Source: an uncultured Gemmatimonadaceae bacterium
Lineage (GTDB): Bacteria; Gemmatimonadota; Gemmatimonadetes; Gemmatimonadales; Gemmatimonadaceae
Reading direction: 5' to 3'
DNA length: 64,000 bases
Assembly (NCBI GenBank): GCA_963740355.1
Contig: CAVUDW010000003.1
Span: forward strand, 2,048,001-2,112,000
Part shown: piece after piece, positions 47,489 to 57,617 of the stretch
Numbering within the stretch: the stretch's first letter is position 1
Layout: each line of letters opens with the position of its first letter
Notes under the pieces: generated by a model
The model's database searches: none
What the model saw: the letters and a program-made list of their open reading frames with translations, nothing else
Told to the model about the DNA's origin: nothing
Position numbers and translations under genes: made by a program

Positions 47489-48757
47489 ATGTCACTCCCC
47501 CGCTCGTTCCATTCCGCCCTGCTGGCCGCGGCCGTTGCCGGTATCGCGCCGACGCTCGGTGCCCAGCTGGCCACTGCCCCCGTCCTGCCGCTCGGCCGGA
47601 CGCAGGACGGCACGCTCTCGCGCACCGACCCCACGCTCAACGAGAAGGGGCGTTTCCAGATCTTTCGCCTCGACGTCAAGGCTGGCCAGCGCTACTCGAT
47701 CGTGATGCGCGCCGACGACTTCGACTCGTATCTCTCGGTGGCGCGCCAGGTGAATGGCCTCACCGACTATCTGGCGTCGGATGACGACGGCGCCGGCAAC
47801 TCCAACGCGCGCCTCAAGTGGACGCCCAAGGTCGCGGGCACCTACTACCTGGTCGCCCAGTCGCTGAAGGAGGATGGACTCGGCAATTTCACCGTGCGCC
47901 TCGACACGCTGCCGGCCGTGATCATCACCCCACCGAAGATGATCGCGATGGGCGAGCCGATGTCGGGCGAGCTGACGGAGACGGATCCCGCGATCGACGA
48001 GAAGGGGGCGTACTACGACCTCTACAAGATCACGGCGCGGAAGGGACAGAAGCTGGTGATCGAGATGTCTGCCGCGGACATGGACTCGTATGTGGGCATC
48101 GGTCGGATGATCGGCGATTCGCTGAACATCGAGGAGACGGATGACGACGGCGGCGGCGACAAGAACGCGCGCCTGCGCTTCACCGTGAAGGAAGACGGCA
48201 CCTACATCATCCGCGCCCAGGCCCTCGAGGCCAACAGCACGGGCAGCTATACGCTCAAGGTCACCGAGCGCGTCACGCGGCCGGCGACCATCACCAACCT
48301 CGCCGCCAATACGCCGGTCAGCGGTGCGCTGTCGGACAGCGACGAGGAAGCCGATGACGGATCGTTCTTCGATCTCTATCGCATCACCGCCCGTGCTGGC
48401 GAGACGGTCACGTTCACCATGCGCTCGACCGACTTCGACAGCTACCTCGTGCTGGGGCAGATGATCGACGGCGAGTGGAGCCAGATCGCGTTCGACGACG
48501 ATGGGGCGGGTGGCAACAACTCGCGCCTCTCGCACACCTTCGAGGCAGCAGGTGAGTACCTGATTCGGGCCAACACGGTGGGCGCGGGCAAGACCGGGTC
48601 GTACACGCTGCGTGCCGATCGGGCCGCCGGTGGTGCCGCTCCGGCCCGTCGCCGACCGGCCAGCGAGGATGCGGCAAGCGCGGGGAGTGGCAAGGGTGAT
48701 AATCTCATAGCCTCACCCGCTGCGACCGCACCACCGCGCGCCACCCGCCGGCCCTAA
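47489..48757 (+). CDS. Exported protein with three PPC (pre-peptidase C-terminal)-like domains
   Basis: Signal peptide; three repeats of GxLxxxD...D.Y...GQ...I.M...DFDSYL....DDDG.G..N.RL.....G.Y.I.A. Confidence 0.85.
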   Translation: MSLPRSFHSALLAAAVAGIAPTLGAQLATAPVLPLGRTQDGTLSRTDPTLNEKGRFQIFRLDVKAGQRYSIVMRADDFDSYLSVARQVNGLTDYLASDDDGAGNSNARLKWTPKVAGTYYLVAQSLKEDGLGNFTVRLDTLPAVIITPPKMIAMGEPMSGELTETDPAIDEKGAYYDLYKITARKGQKLVIEMSAADMDSYVGIGRMIGDSLNIEETDDDGGGDKNARLRFTVKEDGTYIIRAQALEANSTGSYTLKVTERVTRPATITNLAANTPVSGALSDSDEEADDGSFFDLYRITARAGETVTFTMRSTDFDSYLVLGQMIDGEWSQIAFDDDGAGGNNSRLSHTFEAAGEYLIRANTVGAGKTGSYTLRADRAAGGAAPARRRPASEDAASAGSGKGDNLIASPAATAPPRATRRP

Positions 48758-48771
48758 CCGTCTTTCGCTCC

Positions 48772-50463
48772 ATGCCGCCAGAGATCACCACGTACGACGC
48801 CATCGTCATCGGTTCGGGAATCTCTGGCGGCTGGGCCGCGAAGGAGCTGTGCGAAAAGGGGCTGAAGACGCTGGTGCTGGAACGCGGGCGCAGCGTGGAG
48901 CACATCAAGGACTACCCCACGATGAACACCATGCCGTGGGAGTTTCCACATCGGGGGGAGCAACCACGGGCGCTCATCGACGCCAACCCGTTGATCTCGA
49001 AATCCTCCGGATACGGCGAGGACACGGCGCATTTCTTCGTGAAGGACGCCGATCATCCGTACGAGCAGGCGAAGCCGTTCGACTGGATTCGCGGCTACCA
49101 GGTCGGCGGCAAGTCGATCCTCTGGGGGCGTGCCTGCCAGCGCTGGAGTGAACACGAGTTCGTGGCGCCGGAAAAGCTTGGCTACGGCATCAAGTGGCCC
49201 ATCGGCTACGACGACGTGAAGGACTGGTACACGCACGTCGAGCGATTCATCGGCGTCTGCGGCACGGCCGACGGCCTCGAGGCAATGCCGGACGGTGACT
49301 ACCTGCCGCCGTTCGAGTTCAACTGCGCCGAGACCCACCTGCGCGACGCGCTGAAGAAGCACTACGGCAACCGCCATGTGGTGCAGGGGCGATGGGCCCA
49401 CCTCTCGAAGCCGAAGCCGATCCACATCGAGCAGGGCCGCGGCACCTGCCAGGCTCGCAATCTCTGCATGCGGGGGTGCCCGTACGGCGGCTATTTCAGC
49501 TCCAACGCCTCCACGCTGCCATGGGCGAAGAAGACGGGGAACCTGACCATCCGTCCTGATTCCGTCGTGCATTCGATCATCTACGACGAGGCGAAGGGCA
49601 AGGCCACCGGCGTGCGTGTGATCGATGCACACAGCAAGCAGGTGCTCGAATTTTCGGCGCGGATCATCTTCCTCAATGCATCGGCGCTGAACTCGAACCT
49701 GATCCTGCTCAATTCGACCTCACCGCGGTTCCCGAGTGGACTCGGCAACGATCACGACATCCTCGGCCGATACGTCGCGCACCACAATTATCGGGCGAAG
49801 GCGAACGGCAAGTTGCCCGGATTCGAGGACCAGTACTTCTACGGCAAGAACCCGACTGAGTGCATCCTCGTCAACTTCCGCAACCTCGGCAAGCAGGACA
49901 CGGATTTCGTCGGCGGCTACACCACCTTCACCGGTGGCTATCGCACCCGCGGTGAGGCGAGCGCCACGCGGATCGGCGGCGATTTCAAGGACGCCGAGGC
50001 CAAGCCGGGGCCGTGGTGGATCTACATGTACATGCAGGGCGAGACGATCCCGAAGCGCGAGAATCACGTGCGCCTGCACGAGACGCTGACCGACCAGTGG
50101 GGCATTCCGCGACTCGTCACCTCGGTTGGCTATGACGACAACGACGAGCGGATGATCAAGGATTGGCTGGCGCAAGCCACTGAGATGCTTGGCGTTGCAG
50201 GCTGCACCGACATCACGGCCTACGACAACCATCAGGCCCCCGGCCTCGATATCCACGAGATGGGCGGATGCCGCATGGGGAGCGATCCCAAGACGTCGAT
50301 GCTGAACGAGTGGAACCAGTTGCACGCGGTGAAGAACGTCTTCGTGACCGACGGCGCCTGCATGACCTCGACCGGCAACCAGAGCCCCTCGATCCTGTAC
50401 ATGGCGCTCACCGCTCGTGCCGTGAATCACGCGGTGGGCGAAATGGCGAAGCAGAACCTCTGA
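48772..50463 (+). CDS. GMC oxidoreductase flavoprotein (glycoside 3-dehydrogenase-like)
   Basis: DAIVIGSGISGGWAAKEL, WIRGYQVGGKSILWGR, CQARNLCMRGCPYG, IHEMGGCRMG, QSPSILYMA. Confidence 0.93.
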   Translation: MPPEITTYDAIVIGSGISGGWAAKELCEKGLKTLVLERGRSVEHIKDYPTMNTMPWEFPHRGEQPRALIDANPLISKSSGYGEDTAHFFVKDADHPYEQAKPFDWIRGYQVGGKSILWGRACQRWSEHEFVAPEKLGYGIKWPIGYDDVKDWYTHVERFIGVCGTADGLEAMPDGDYLPPFEFNCAETHLRDALKKHYGNRHVVQGRWAHLSKPKPIHIEQGRGTCQARNLCMRGCPYGGYFSSNASTLPWAKKTGNLTIRPDSVVHSIIYDEAKGKATGVRVIDAHSKQVLEFSARIIFLNASALNSNLILLNSTSPRFPSGLGNDHDILGRYVAHHNYRAKANGKLPGFEDQYFYGKNPTECILVNFRNLGKQDTDFVGGYTTFTGGYRTRGEASATRIGGDFKDAEAKPGPWWIYMYMQGETIPKRENHVRLHETLTDQWGIPRLVTSVGYDDNDERMIKDWLAQATEMLGVAGCTDITAYDNHQAPGLDIHEMGGCRMGSDPKTSMLNEWNQLHAVKNVFVTDGACMTSTGNQSPSILYMALTARAVNHAVGEMAKQNL

Positions 50464-50477
50464 CCAGGCGACCCACG

Positions 50478-51056
50478 ATGACTGCGATGAATCGTCGAGA
50501 TGCGGTGAAGACCGCCGGGCTGCTGCTGGGTGGTGCCGTTGCGGTGTCGAGCGGGTTGTTGTCCGCCTGCAGCAGCGAGAAGAAGGCTGCGCCGTCCGTG
50601 CCTGATGCCGTGCCCACCGTGAAGAAGGCGTCGCTGGTGCTCACGGCGGCAGATCAAGCACTGATGGAGGCGGTCGCGGACACGATCCTGCCCGACACGC
50701 CAGCGTCGCCAGGAGCGAAGGCCGCGGGTGCGGGTGCCGCGATCAACCTGCTGCTCAGCGACTGTTATGAACCGCCCGCGCACAAACGCGCGATCGACGG
50801 CCTGGCAGTGCTCCGTCAGCGCAGCGCGACCTTCGCCTCGCTGCCGCAGCCCGCTCGCGGAGCGTTGCTGCGCACGATCGACGCGGAAGCGAAGCAGGCC
50901 GGCGACACCCACTGGTTCCACCTGCTCCACGAGCTCTCGCTGAAGGCGTATTTCTCGTCCGAGATCGGCATGACCAAGGCCCTCCGATACGTCCGCGAAC
51001 CCGGTCACTTCAAGGGCTGCGTGAAGCTCACGCCCGGCCAGCCGGCATGGGCGTGA
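50478..51056 (+). CDS. Gluconate 2-dehydrogenase subunit 3-like Tat lipoprotein
   Basis: NRRDAVK twin-arginine leader, LSAC lipobox, ADTILPDTPASPGA, YFSSEIG. Confidence 0.88.
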   Translation: MTAMNRRDAVKTAGLLLGGAVAVSSGLLSACSSEKKAAPSVPDAVPTVKKASLVLTAADQALMEAVADTILPDTPASPGAKAAGAGAAINLLLSDCYEPPAHKRAIDGLAVLRQRSATFASLPQPARGALLRTIDAEAKQAGDTHWFHLLHELSLKAYFSSEIGMTKALRYVREPGHFKGCVKLTPGQPAWA

Positions 51057-51066
51057 ACACGCTCCG

Positions 51067-51345
51067 CTTGCAGTTGCCGTTCCCCAAGCCTTGCAAGATG
51101 TTTCGGTGAACGGCGATGCGTACCACGCTGTTGAACTCTCTGCGCCTCCGCGCCACTGCGTTTCGGTCTGGCTGTTGTCGTTTCGTTCTGGCCGTCGCCG
51201 TTTTGCGGGCCGTTGGCCGTTTTGCGGCCGTTGCAGTATCGCGCTTTGCTGTTTTGCGTCAAGGCAGTTGAACATGCCGTTGCCCTGCTGTTCCGCGGCA
51301 GTTCTGTTCTGCGGCTGTGCCGTTCTGCGTTAATGCAGTTGCAGT
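51067..51345. repeat. Intergenic low-complexity GC(A/C/T)GTT repeat tract with one CTCCGCG-type REP-like unit
   Basis: Many GCAGTT/GCCGTT/GCTGTT hexamers on one strand; CTCTGCGCCTCCGCGCCACTGCG at 51138-51160. Confidence 0.6.
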
Positions 51346-51388
51346 AGCCGAAGGCGAAGATATGTGACTTCCGTTCAGGAGAACGTTC

Positions 51389-52495
51389 GTGTCCAAGGTC
51401 AAGGTCGGCATCATCGGGTCGCGCTTTCAGGCCGACTGCATCGCAGCCTCGGTTCGGATGATGCCGGAGGAGGCCGAGGTGGTCGCCGTCGCGTCGCCGT
51501 CACCAGGGAATGCGAAGGCGTTCGCGGAACGGCACCAGATCCCGGCGTTCTACAGCGACTACCGCGAGATGTTGAAGGATCCCGCCATCGAGATGGTGTC
51601 GATCACCGCGCCGAACCGGCTCCACGCACAGATGACCGTCGACGCAGCAAAGGCGGGGAAACATGTCGTCTGCGAAAAGCCACTCTGCGTGACCCTCGAA
51701 GAGGCGGACATCATGCTCGACGCCTGCCAGAAAGCCGGCGTCCTGCTGATGTACGCCGAAGAACTCTTCTTCGCCCCGAAGTACGTCAAGGCAAAGCAGA
51801 TGGCGGATGAAGGGGCCTTCGGGCGGGTGCACCTCGTCAAGCAGAGCGAGAAACACTCCGGCCCGCACTCCGACTGGTTCTGGGATGTGAACCAGTCCGG
51901 CGGGGGCGCACTGATGGACCTTGGCTGCCACGGGATCGCATTCTGCTGGTGGTTCCTCGGCAAGCCGAAGGTCAAGAGCGTGTATGCACAGCTCTCGACA
52001 CAGGTGCACGGTCACAAGACGCAGGGCGATGACGAGGCCCTCTGCATCATCGAGTTCGAGGGTGGTGCAACTGGGGTGGTCGAGAACTCGTGGACCAAGC
52101 CCGGTGGCATGGACGACACGATCGAGATCTTCGGCGACAAGGGGCAGTGTTATGCCGACATGCTGATGGGCAATGCGTTGCCGACCTACTCCGAAGTCGG
52201 CTTCGGCTACGCCGTCGAGAAGGCCGACACCACCACCGGCTGGACCTGGCCCGTCTTCGAGGAGCACTGGAACTACGGCTTCCCACAGGAGATGCGTCAC
52301 TTCGCTCGCTGCGTGCGCGGCAAGGAAACGCCAATCGCCGACGGCGAGACGGGACGTGTGGTGCAGGAGGTGTTGTACGCTGCGTACGCCTCCGCAGGGC
52401 TTGGCCGAAAGATTCAGATGCCGTTCCGACCCACCGGAATCGCGAAGCCGATCGATCTCTGGCTGAACCCTGCGCTGGCGCAGGCCGCGCTCTGA
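51389..52495 (+). CDS. Gfo/Idh/MocA family NAD(P)-dependent oxidoreductase
   Basis: CAGGAG RBS and GTG start; VKVGIIG, ITAPNRLH, GKHVVCEKP, SGGGALMDLGCH. Confidence 0.94.
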   Translation: MSKVKVGIIGSRFQADCIAASVRMMPEEAEVVAVASPSPGNAKAFAERHQIPAFYSDYREMLKDPAIEMVSITAPNRLHAQMTVDAAKAGKHVVCEKPLCVTLEEADIMLDACQKAGVLLMYAEELFFAPKYVKAKQMADEGAFGRVHLVKQSEKHSGPHSDWFWDVNQSGGGALMDLGCHGIAFCWWFLGKPKVKSVYAQLSTQVHGHKTQGDDEALCIIEFEGGATGVVENSWTKPGGMDDTIEIFGDKGQCYADMLMGNALPTYSEVGFGYAVEKADTTTGWTWPVFEEHWNYGFPQEMRHFARCVRGKETPIADGETGRVVQEVLYAAYASAGLGRKIQMPFRPTGIAKPIDLWLNPALAQAAL

Positions 52496-52518
52496 TTCCG
52501 ACGTCACCGCAGACCATC

Positions 52519-53310
52519 GTGCCAGCGCCGATCCGCATCTTCGCGACGCCGGAGCAGATCGGCGTTCATGTCGCGGACCACATCCTCGACGCCATCGGCC
52601 GCGCCGAGCGCGAGGCTCGACGCTTCCTGCTCGGCCTGCCCACAGGTCGCACACCACGTCCGATCTATCGCGCGATGGCTGGCCGTCTCGCAGCCTCGCC
52701 GCAAAGCATGGCGCACGTCACGCTGGTCATGATGGACGAGTACCTGCTCGAGACGCCCGAGGGGTTTGTGTTTGCGATGGCCGAGGGCGCGCCGTCCTGT
52801 CACGCCTTCACGCGGGTCGAGATCGTGGGGCAGTTGAACGCAGCGTTGCCGCCGCAGCAACAGTTGCAGGCGACGAACGTCTGGTTTCCCGATCCGCGCG
52901 ATCCCGCATCCTACGACGATCGCATCGCCTCCGCCGGCGGCATCGACTTCTTTCTGGTGGCCTCCGGCGCCGGCGACGGCCATGTCGCGTTCAATCCGCC
53001 GGGGAGCACCATCGACAGTCGTTCGCGCGTCATCACGCTCAGCGAACAGACGCGTCGCGACAACCTGGAGACCTTTCCCGGCCTCGGCACACTCGACAAC
53101 GTGCCGCGCTACGGCGTCTCGGTGGGCATCAGCACCATCATTGCGGCGCGCGCCGCTGTGATGGTGGCGTGGGGCGCTGGGAAACGGGAGACCGTCTCAC
53201 GCATGCGCGCAGCCAGCCGCTACGATGCCAGCTGGCCCGCCACACTCATTCACGAGTGCGCGGCGGCGGAGATCGTCGTCGACACAGACGCGGCAGGCGA
53301 AGCCGCATGA
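52519..53310 (+). CDS. Glucosamine-6-phosphate deaminase (NagB)-like sugar-phosphate isomerase/deaminase
   Basis: LGLPTGRTP, MDEY, GGID, DGHVAFN, TRRDN, VP...SVGI.TI, WPAT. GTG start chosen after the upstream stop. Confidence 0.85.
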   Translation: MPAPIRIFATPEQIGVHVADHILDAIGRAEREARRFLLGLPTGRTPRPIYRAMAGRLAASPQSMAHVTLVMMDEYLLETPEGFVFAMAEGAPSCHAFTRVEIVGQLNAALPPQQQLQATNVWFPDPRDPASYDDRIASAGGIDFFLVASGAGDGHVAFNPPGSTIDSRSRVITLSEQTRRDNLETFPGLGTLDNVPRYGVSVGISTIIAARAAVMVAWGAGKRETVSRMRAASRYDASWPATLIHECAAAEIVVDTDAAGEAA

Positions 53311-54842
53311 GCGATCTGCCACACGACGGCGCAGCGCCACAGACGGAAGCGTGCTTCGAGACGCGGACGGCGCGAATCCTGATTGTCGGTGGTGGCTTCG
53401 CGGGGATCGGCATGGCGATCCGACTTCGTCAGCAAGGAATCGACGACTTCGTGATCCTCGAGCGGGCGCGTGATGCCGGTGGCACCTGGCGCGACAACAG
53501 CTATCCGGGGTGCGCCTGCGATGTGCAGTCGTCGCTCTACTCGTTCTCGTTCGCGCCGAATCCGGAGTGGAGCCGCGTCTACGCACCGCAACCGGAGATC
53601 TGGGACTACCTCCGGCGCGTCGTGCGCGAGTACGACATCGGTCGCCATTTCGTGTACGGCGAAAACGTCACCGGTGCCGAGTGGGACGACCTGATGCAGC
53701 AATGGGTCGTGACGTCCACCAGCGGTGAATGGACGGCCGATGCAATGGTGCTGGCGAGCGGCGGCTTGAGTGATCCGATCATCCCAGCCATTCCCGGACT
53801 CGACACGTTCGAAGGACCGGTGTTTCACTCGGCGCGCTGGGATCACGACTGCTCGCTCGAGGGAAAGCGCGTCGCGGTGATCGGTACTGGCGCGTCAGCG
53901 ATCCAGTTCGTGCCGCAGATCCAGCCTCGCGTCGCGCACCTCGATCTGTATCAGCGCACACCTGCCTGGATCCTGCCACGCCACGACACGGCCATTCCGG
54001 AGTGGCGCAAATCGCTCTACCGATCGGTGCCGGCCGCACAGCGGCTGCAGCGCGCTGCACTCTACGCCCTGCGTGAAATGCTGCTGCTGCCGTTCCGGAA
54101 GCCGGCGCTGGGCAAGGTCGTCGAAGCTCGCGCATTGCAACACATGCGCGCGCAGATCCCGGACGAGTCGCTGCGTGCCAAGCTCGTGCCGCGGTATCGC
54201 ATCGGGTGCAAGCGCATCCTGGTGTCGGATGATTTCTATCCGGCGATCGCCCAGCCGAACGTGACGCTGGTGACCGATGCGATCGCGAGCATCACGCCGA
54301 ATGGCGTGACGACCGCCGATTGTGTGCATCATATGGCAGATGTGATCATCCTCGGCACCGGCTTCCACACCACCGACCCACCACTCGCGCCGCTGGTGCG
54401 TGGTCGGACCGAGAAAACACTGGCTGAGGTCTGGGCCGGGAGCCCTCGCGCCTACATGGGCACCACGGAAACTGGTTTCCCGAACCTGTTCTTCCTGCTC
54501 GGCCCGAACACCGCACTCGGGCACAGTTCCGTGGTGCTGATGATCGAGGCGCAGATCGAGCATGTGCTCGGCGTGCTGGCGTTGACCGAGAAGCGTGATG
54601 CCGGCGCGGCGGAACCCGAGTCTGCCGCACAGAAACGTTTCGTGGCCGCGCTCGACGAGCGCATGGCGTCGACCGTCTGGATGCGGGGCGGCTGTTCGAG
54701 TTGGTACCTCGACGCCACCGGTCGCAACTCGACGTTGTGGCCGGACGGCGTCGGCAAGTTCTCGCGCACCGTGTCACGCGTGCGAGCCGCCGACTATCGA
54801 TTCACGCCGCGGCGCGTCACAACCGCCGAGGTGCGGACGTGA
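53307..54842 (+). CDS. Baeyer-Villiger-type flavin monooxygenase
   Basis: GGGFAG, GGTWRDNSYPGCACDV, BVMO fingerprint FEGPVFHSARWD, second Rossmann GTGASAIQ, GCKR; ATGA overlap with the upstream gene. Confidence 0.93.
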   Translation: MSDLPHDGAAPQTEACFETRTARILIVGGGFAGIGMAIRLRQQGIDDFVILERARDAGGTWRDNSYPGCACDVQSSLYSFSFAPNPEWSRVYAPQPEIWDYLRRVVREYDIGRHFVYGENVTGAEWDDLMQQWVVTSTSGEWTADAMVLASGGLSDPIIPAIPGLDTFEGPVFHSARWDHDCSLEGKRVAVIGTGASAIQFVPQIQPRVAHLDLYQRTPAWILPRHDTAIPEWRKSLYRSVPAAQRLQRAALYALREMLLLPFRKPALGKVVEARALQHMRAQIPDESLRAKLVPRYRIGCKRILVSDDFYPAIAQPNVTLVTDAIASITPNGVTTADCVHHMADVIILGTGFHTTDPPLAPLVRGRTEKTLAEVWAGSPRAYMGTTETGFPNLFFLLGPNTALGHSSVVLMIEAQIEHVLGVLALTEKRDAGAAEPESAAQKRFVAALDERMASTVWMRGGCSSWYLDATGRNSTLWPDGVGKFSRTVSRVRAADYRFTPRRVTTAEVRT

Positions 54843-55960
54843 GCGATCAAGGCTTCCGGCGCGAAGTGCCGTCGAGACGCGAGCGGATCGAAGGGCGCAT
54901 CGCCAGGCTGCTCTCCGGATTGCCGGGCCACTGGCTGCTGCGCCTGATCGGTGAGTCGCCACGTGTCGTCGACGGGCTCACGCTCGATGCACATGTGCAG
55001 TTCATTCTTGCCGCGCGCCGCCGAAGGCCGCAGCATTTGCTTTGCGAGCCGACCGTGGAGGCAGGACGCAATCGCTATCGCCGAGAGATTCAGGCGGCGT
55101 CAGTGAGCTCCGGAGCGCGGCCGACGCGCGTGAAGTCCGTGTCGTTGTTGACGATCGAAGGTGCGGAGGGACCCTTGCCGGCGCGACACTACACACCATT
55201 GGGCGACGATCGCACGGCTGCCAAACCACTGCTGTTGTTCCTGCACGGCGGTGGCTTCGTGATTGGCGATCTCGACACCCATGACGAGCCGTGTCGGTTG
55301 CTCTGCGCGCACGGCGACATGCATGTGCTGAGCGTTGCGTACCGCCTGGCACCAGAGCATCCCTTCCCGGCGCCGGTCGACGATGCCTGCGCCGCGTTGC
55401 GCTGGGCCCAGATGCACGCGGCGACGCTGGGCGCGAATGCGCTGCAGGTATGCGTTGGAGGAGACAGTGCTGGAGGAAACCTTGCCGCGGTTGCCGCGCT
55501 GACGGTCGCGCAGGAAGGGCATCCTGTCTTGGCGCAACTGCTGATTTATCCGACCACCGACTTTGCGTCCGAGCTGCCGTCACGTCGACTGTTTGCGAAT
55601 GGCTATGTGCTCTCGGCGGGCGACATGGATGCGTTCTTCGTGCACTACCTCGGTGGTGATCCCGCCATGCGCCGCGACGCACGCACCAGTCCTGCATTTT
55701 CACCTGATCTCGCGAACTCACCGCCAACCCTGATCACGACGGCAGACTTCGACCCGCTGCGGGATGAAGGCGAGAGTTACGCGCAGGCGCTCCGTGATGC
55801 CGGCGTAGAGGTGCGCACAAAACGTGTCGCCGGCATGCCACATGGGTACCTGCACATGACGACCGTCGTGCCAATGGCGCGCGCGGCTACCGTCGATACT
55901 GCGCGGCTGTTCAAGGCGCTGATCAGCGACGCCGCCCGGCGAACGCGCACCAGCGCCTGA
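54839..55960 (+). CDS. HSL-family alpha/beta-hydrolase esterase/lipase
   Basis: HGGGF, YRLAPEHPFPA, GDSAGG, DPLRDEG, HGY; GTGA overlap with the BVMO stop. Confidence 0.94.
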   Translation: MSDQGFRREVPSRRERIEGRIARLLSGLPGHWLLRLIGESPRVVDGLTLDAHVQFILAARRRRPQHLLCEPTVEAGRNRYRREIQAASVSSGARPTRVKSVSLLTIEGAEGPLPARHYTPLGDDRTAAKPLLLFLHGGGFVIGDLDTHDEPCRLLCAHGDMHVLSVAYRLAPEHPFPAPVDDACAALRWAQMHAATLGANALQVCVGGDSAGGNLAAVAALTVAQEGHPVLAQLLIYPTTDFASELPSRRLFANGYVLSAGDMDAFFVHYLGGDPAMRRDARTSPAFSPDLANSPPTLITTADFDPLRDEGESYAQALRDAGVEVRTKRVAGMPHGYLHMTTVVPMARAATVDTARLFKALISDAARRTRTSA

Positions 55961-55982
55961 ACCCGTTCCGCCCGCGCGCTGA

Positions 55983-57392
55983 TTACCGCAGCGTGCCCGG
56001 CATCTCGGCCAACGAATAGGCGAGGATTGCCATCGCGGCGATCGACCGACGCAAGTCTTTCTCGTTGACCACGTTCAACATGTCACCACTGGTGTGGTGA
56101 TACCAGAAGTACTTCGAGGCATCGACGTCGAGGGCGAAGCCGGGCACGCCCAGCTCGAGAATCGGGCCGACGTCGGCTTCGCCGTCGCCTGGTGCGATCT
56201 TCGGCGCGCCGGCAATCCGGGTCAGCGCTGCCAGCAATGCCGCACGCCGCGCGCCGGCCGGAGTGCCTTGGAAGCGGAATCCCTTCGGCGCAAAGATCCC
56301 GTTGTCGCTTTCGATGGCCGCAAAGTGCTGCGCGAGTTCTGCGCGATGAGCGTCGCGGTACCCTGCGCCACCACGACCGCCATTCTCCTCGTTCGTCCAG
56401 AGTACGACGCGGATCGTGCGACGCGGCGTCAGGCCAAGCGTCTTGAGCAACTTCACCGCTTCCCAGGCCGCGACGCTGCCAGCGCCATCGTCCATTGCGC
56501 CCTGCCCTACATCCCACGAGTCGATGTGGCCGCCAATGACGACGACTTCATCCGGCTTTTCACGGCCACGCAGTTCCGCCACCGCGTTTCGTGACGGCGC
56601 GTCCGGGAGCATCTGCGCACTCATCACCAGCTTCACCGTGACCTTCTCGCCGCGCGCCGCGATCCGGTCCAGCATCTCGGCATCCTCGATGCTGAGGGCA
56701 GCGGCAGGAATCTTCTTCGTGACGGTATCGTACCGCATGCCGCCGGTGTGCGGCGATTGAATCGAGAACGTGGCGACGGAGCGGATCAGCGTCGCGACCG
56801 CGCCAACCTTGGCGGCGGCCGTTGCGCCGTACCCGCGGTACTGGACTGCCACACCGTAGCCGGCGAACGGCTCAGAGTCGGTGGGGAACGGCACATTGAA
56901 CAGCACGATCTTCCCCACCGCTTCCGCCTTGCGGCGCTCCAGCTCGTCGAACGAATGCACCACCAGCACTTCACCCGTGATGCCGTCGGGCCCTGTGCCA
57001 ACGCTGCCGCCCAGGCCGAGCATGTGCAGTGGTGCCTCGCGTGGCGTGATCAGCGCCGCCGACTCCGCGCCTCGCACCCAGTGTGGCACCATCACTGGCT
57101 CGCCACGCACATTGGCGAACCCATCACGCTGCATCTCGGCGAGGATCCAGTCGATGGCGCGCTCGAGTGAGGCGGAGCCGCTCAGCCGGTGGCCGAAGCC
57201 ATCGACCAACGCCCCAAGTCGACGGTACGGCATCGAGTCGGCGAGGGCCGCGGCGGTGATGCGGCGAGCCGCAGGGGCGAGCCGCGCGATGTCGGCGGCC
57301 GTCTGGGCGGACGCGGGCGACGTGGCGGCCATCGACATGGCGATGACCGTGAGAGCAAGCGTCGAAACAGTGGCAGGAACGAAACGGCGCAT
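55983..57392 (-). CDS. M28 family peptidase (carboxypeptidase Q-like), exported
   Basis: FGHRLSGS, VPHWVRG, SPHTG, GGHIDSWDVGQGAMDD, NEE, ESD, YFWYHHT. Confidence 0.93.
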   Translation of the reverse strand: MRRFVPATVSTLALTVIAMSMAATSPASAQTAADIARLAPAARRITAAALADSMPYRRLGALVDGFGHRLSGSASLERAIDWILAEMQRDGFANVRGEPVMVPHWVRGAESAALITPREAPLHMLGLGGSVGTGPDGITGEVLVVHSFDELERRKAEAVGKIVLFNVPFPTDSEPFAGYGVAVQYRGYGATAAAKVGAVATLIRSVATFSIQSPHTGGMRYDTVTKKIPAAALSIEDAEMLDRIAARGEKVTVKLVMSAQMLPDAPSRNAVAELRGREKPDEVVVIGGHIDSWDVGQGAMDDGAGSVAAWEAVKLLKTLGLTPRRTIRVVLWTNEENGGRGGAGYRDAHRAELAQHFAAIESDNGIFAPKGFRFQGTPAGARRAALLAALTRIAGAPKIAPGDGEADVGPILELGVPGFALDVDASKYFWYHHTSGDMLNVVNEKDLRRSIAAMAILAYSLAEMPGTLR

Positions 57393-57617
57393 TGAAAGCG
57401 TGTCGGAGAAGTGCATCGGGCTATTGACGCGGATACGACCGCGGCCAGCATTGGCTGGGTGCTGCGATCGTGCCGGCCCGGAAAGGACGAACCCAGATGC
57501 GATAATGGATACGCAGAAGCGGAAACCTGACCTGTCAGGTTTCCCCTTGCACATGACAGTACGTTGAAAAATGTAGTGTTTCGCGAGTGGTGTGCTCCCT
57601 TCACCGCGGGGAAGGAC

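Noticed and set aside
52090..52518. Extended N-termini of the ORF-track calls for the NagB-like, BVMO, esterase, subunit-3 and globin genes
   Set aside because: They overlap upstream genes or repeats; downstream starts give coupled junctions and family-typical N-termini.
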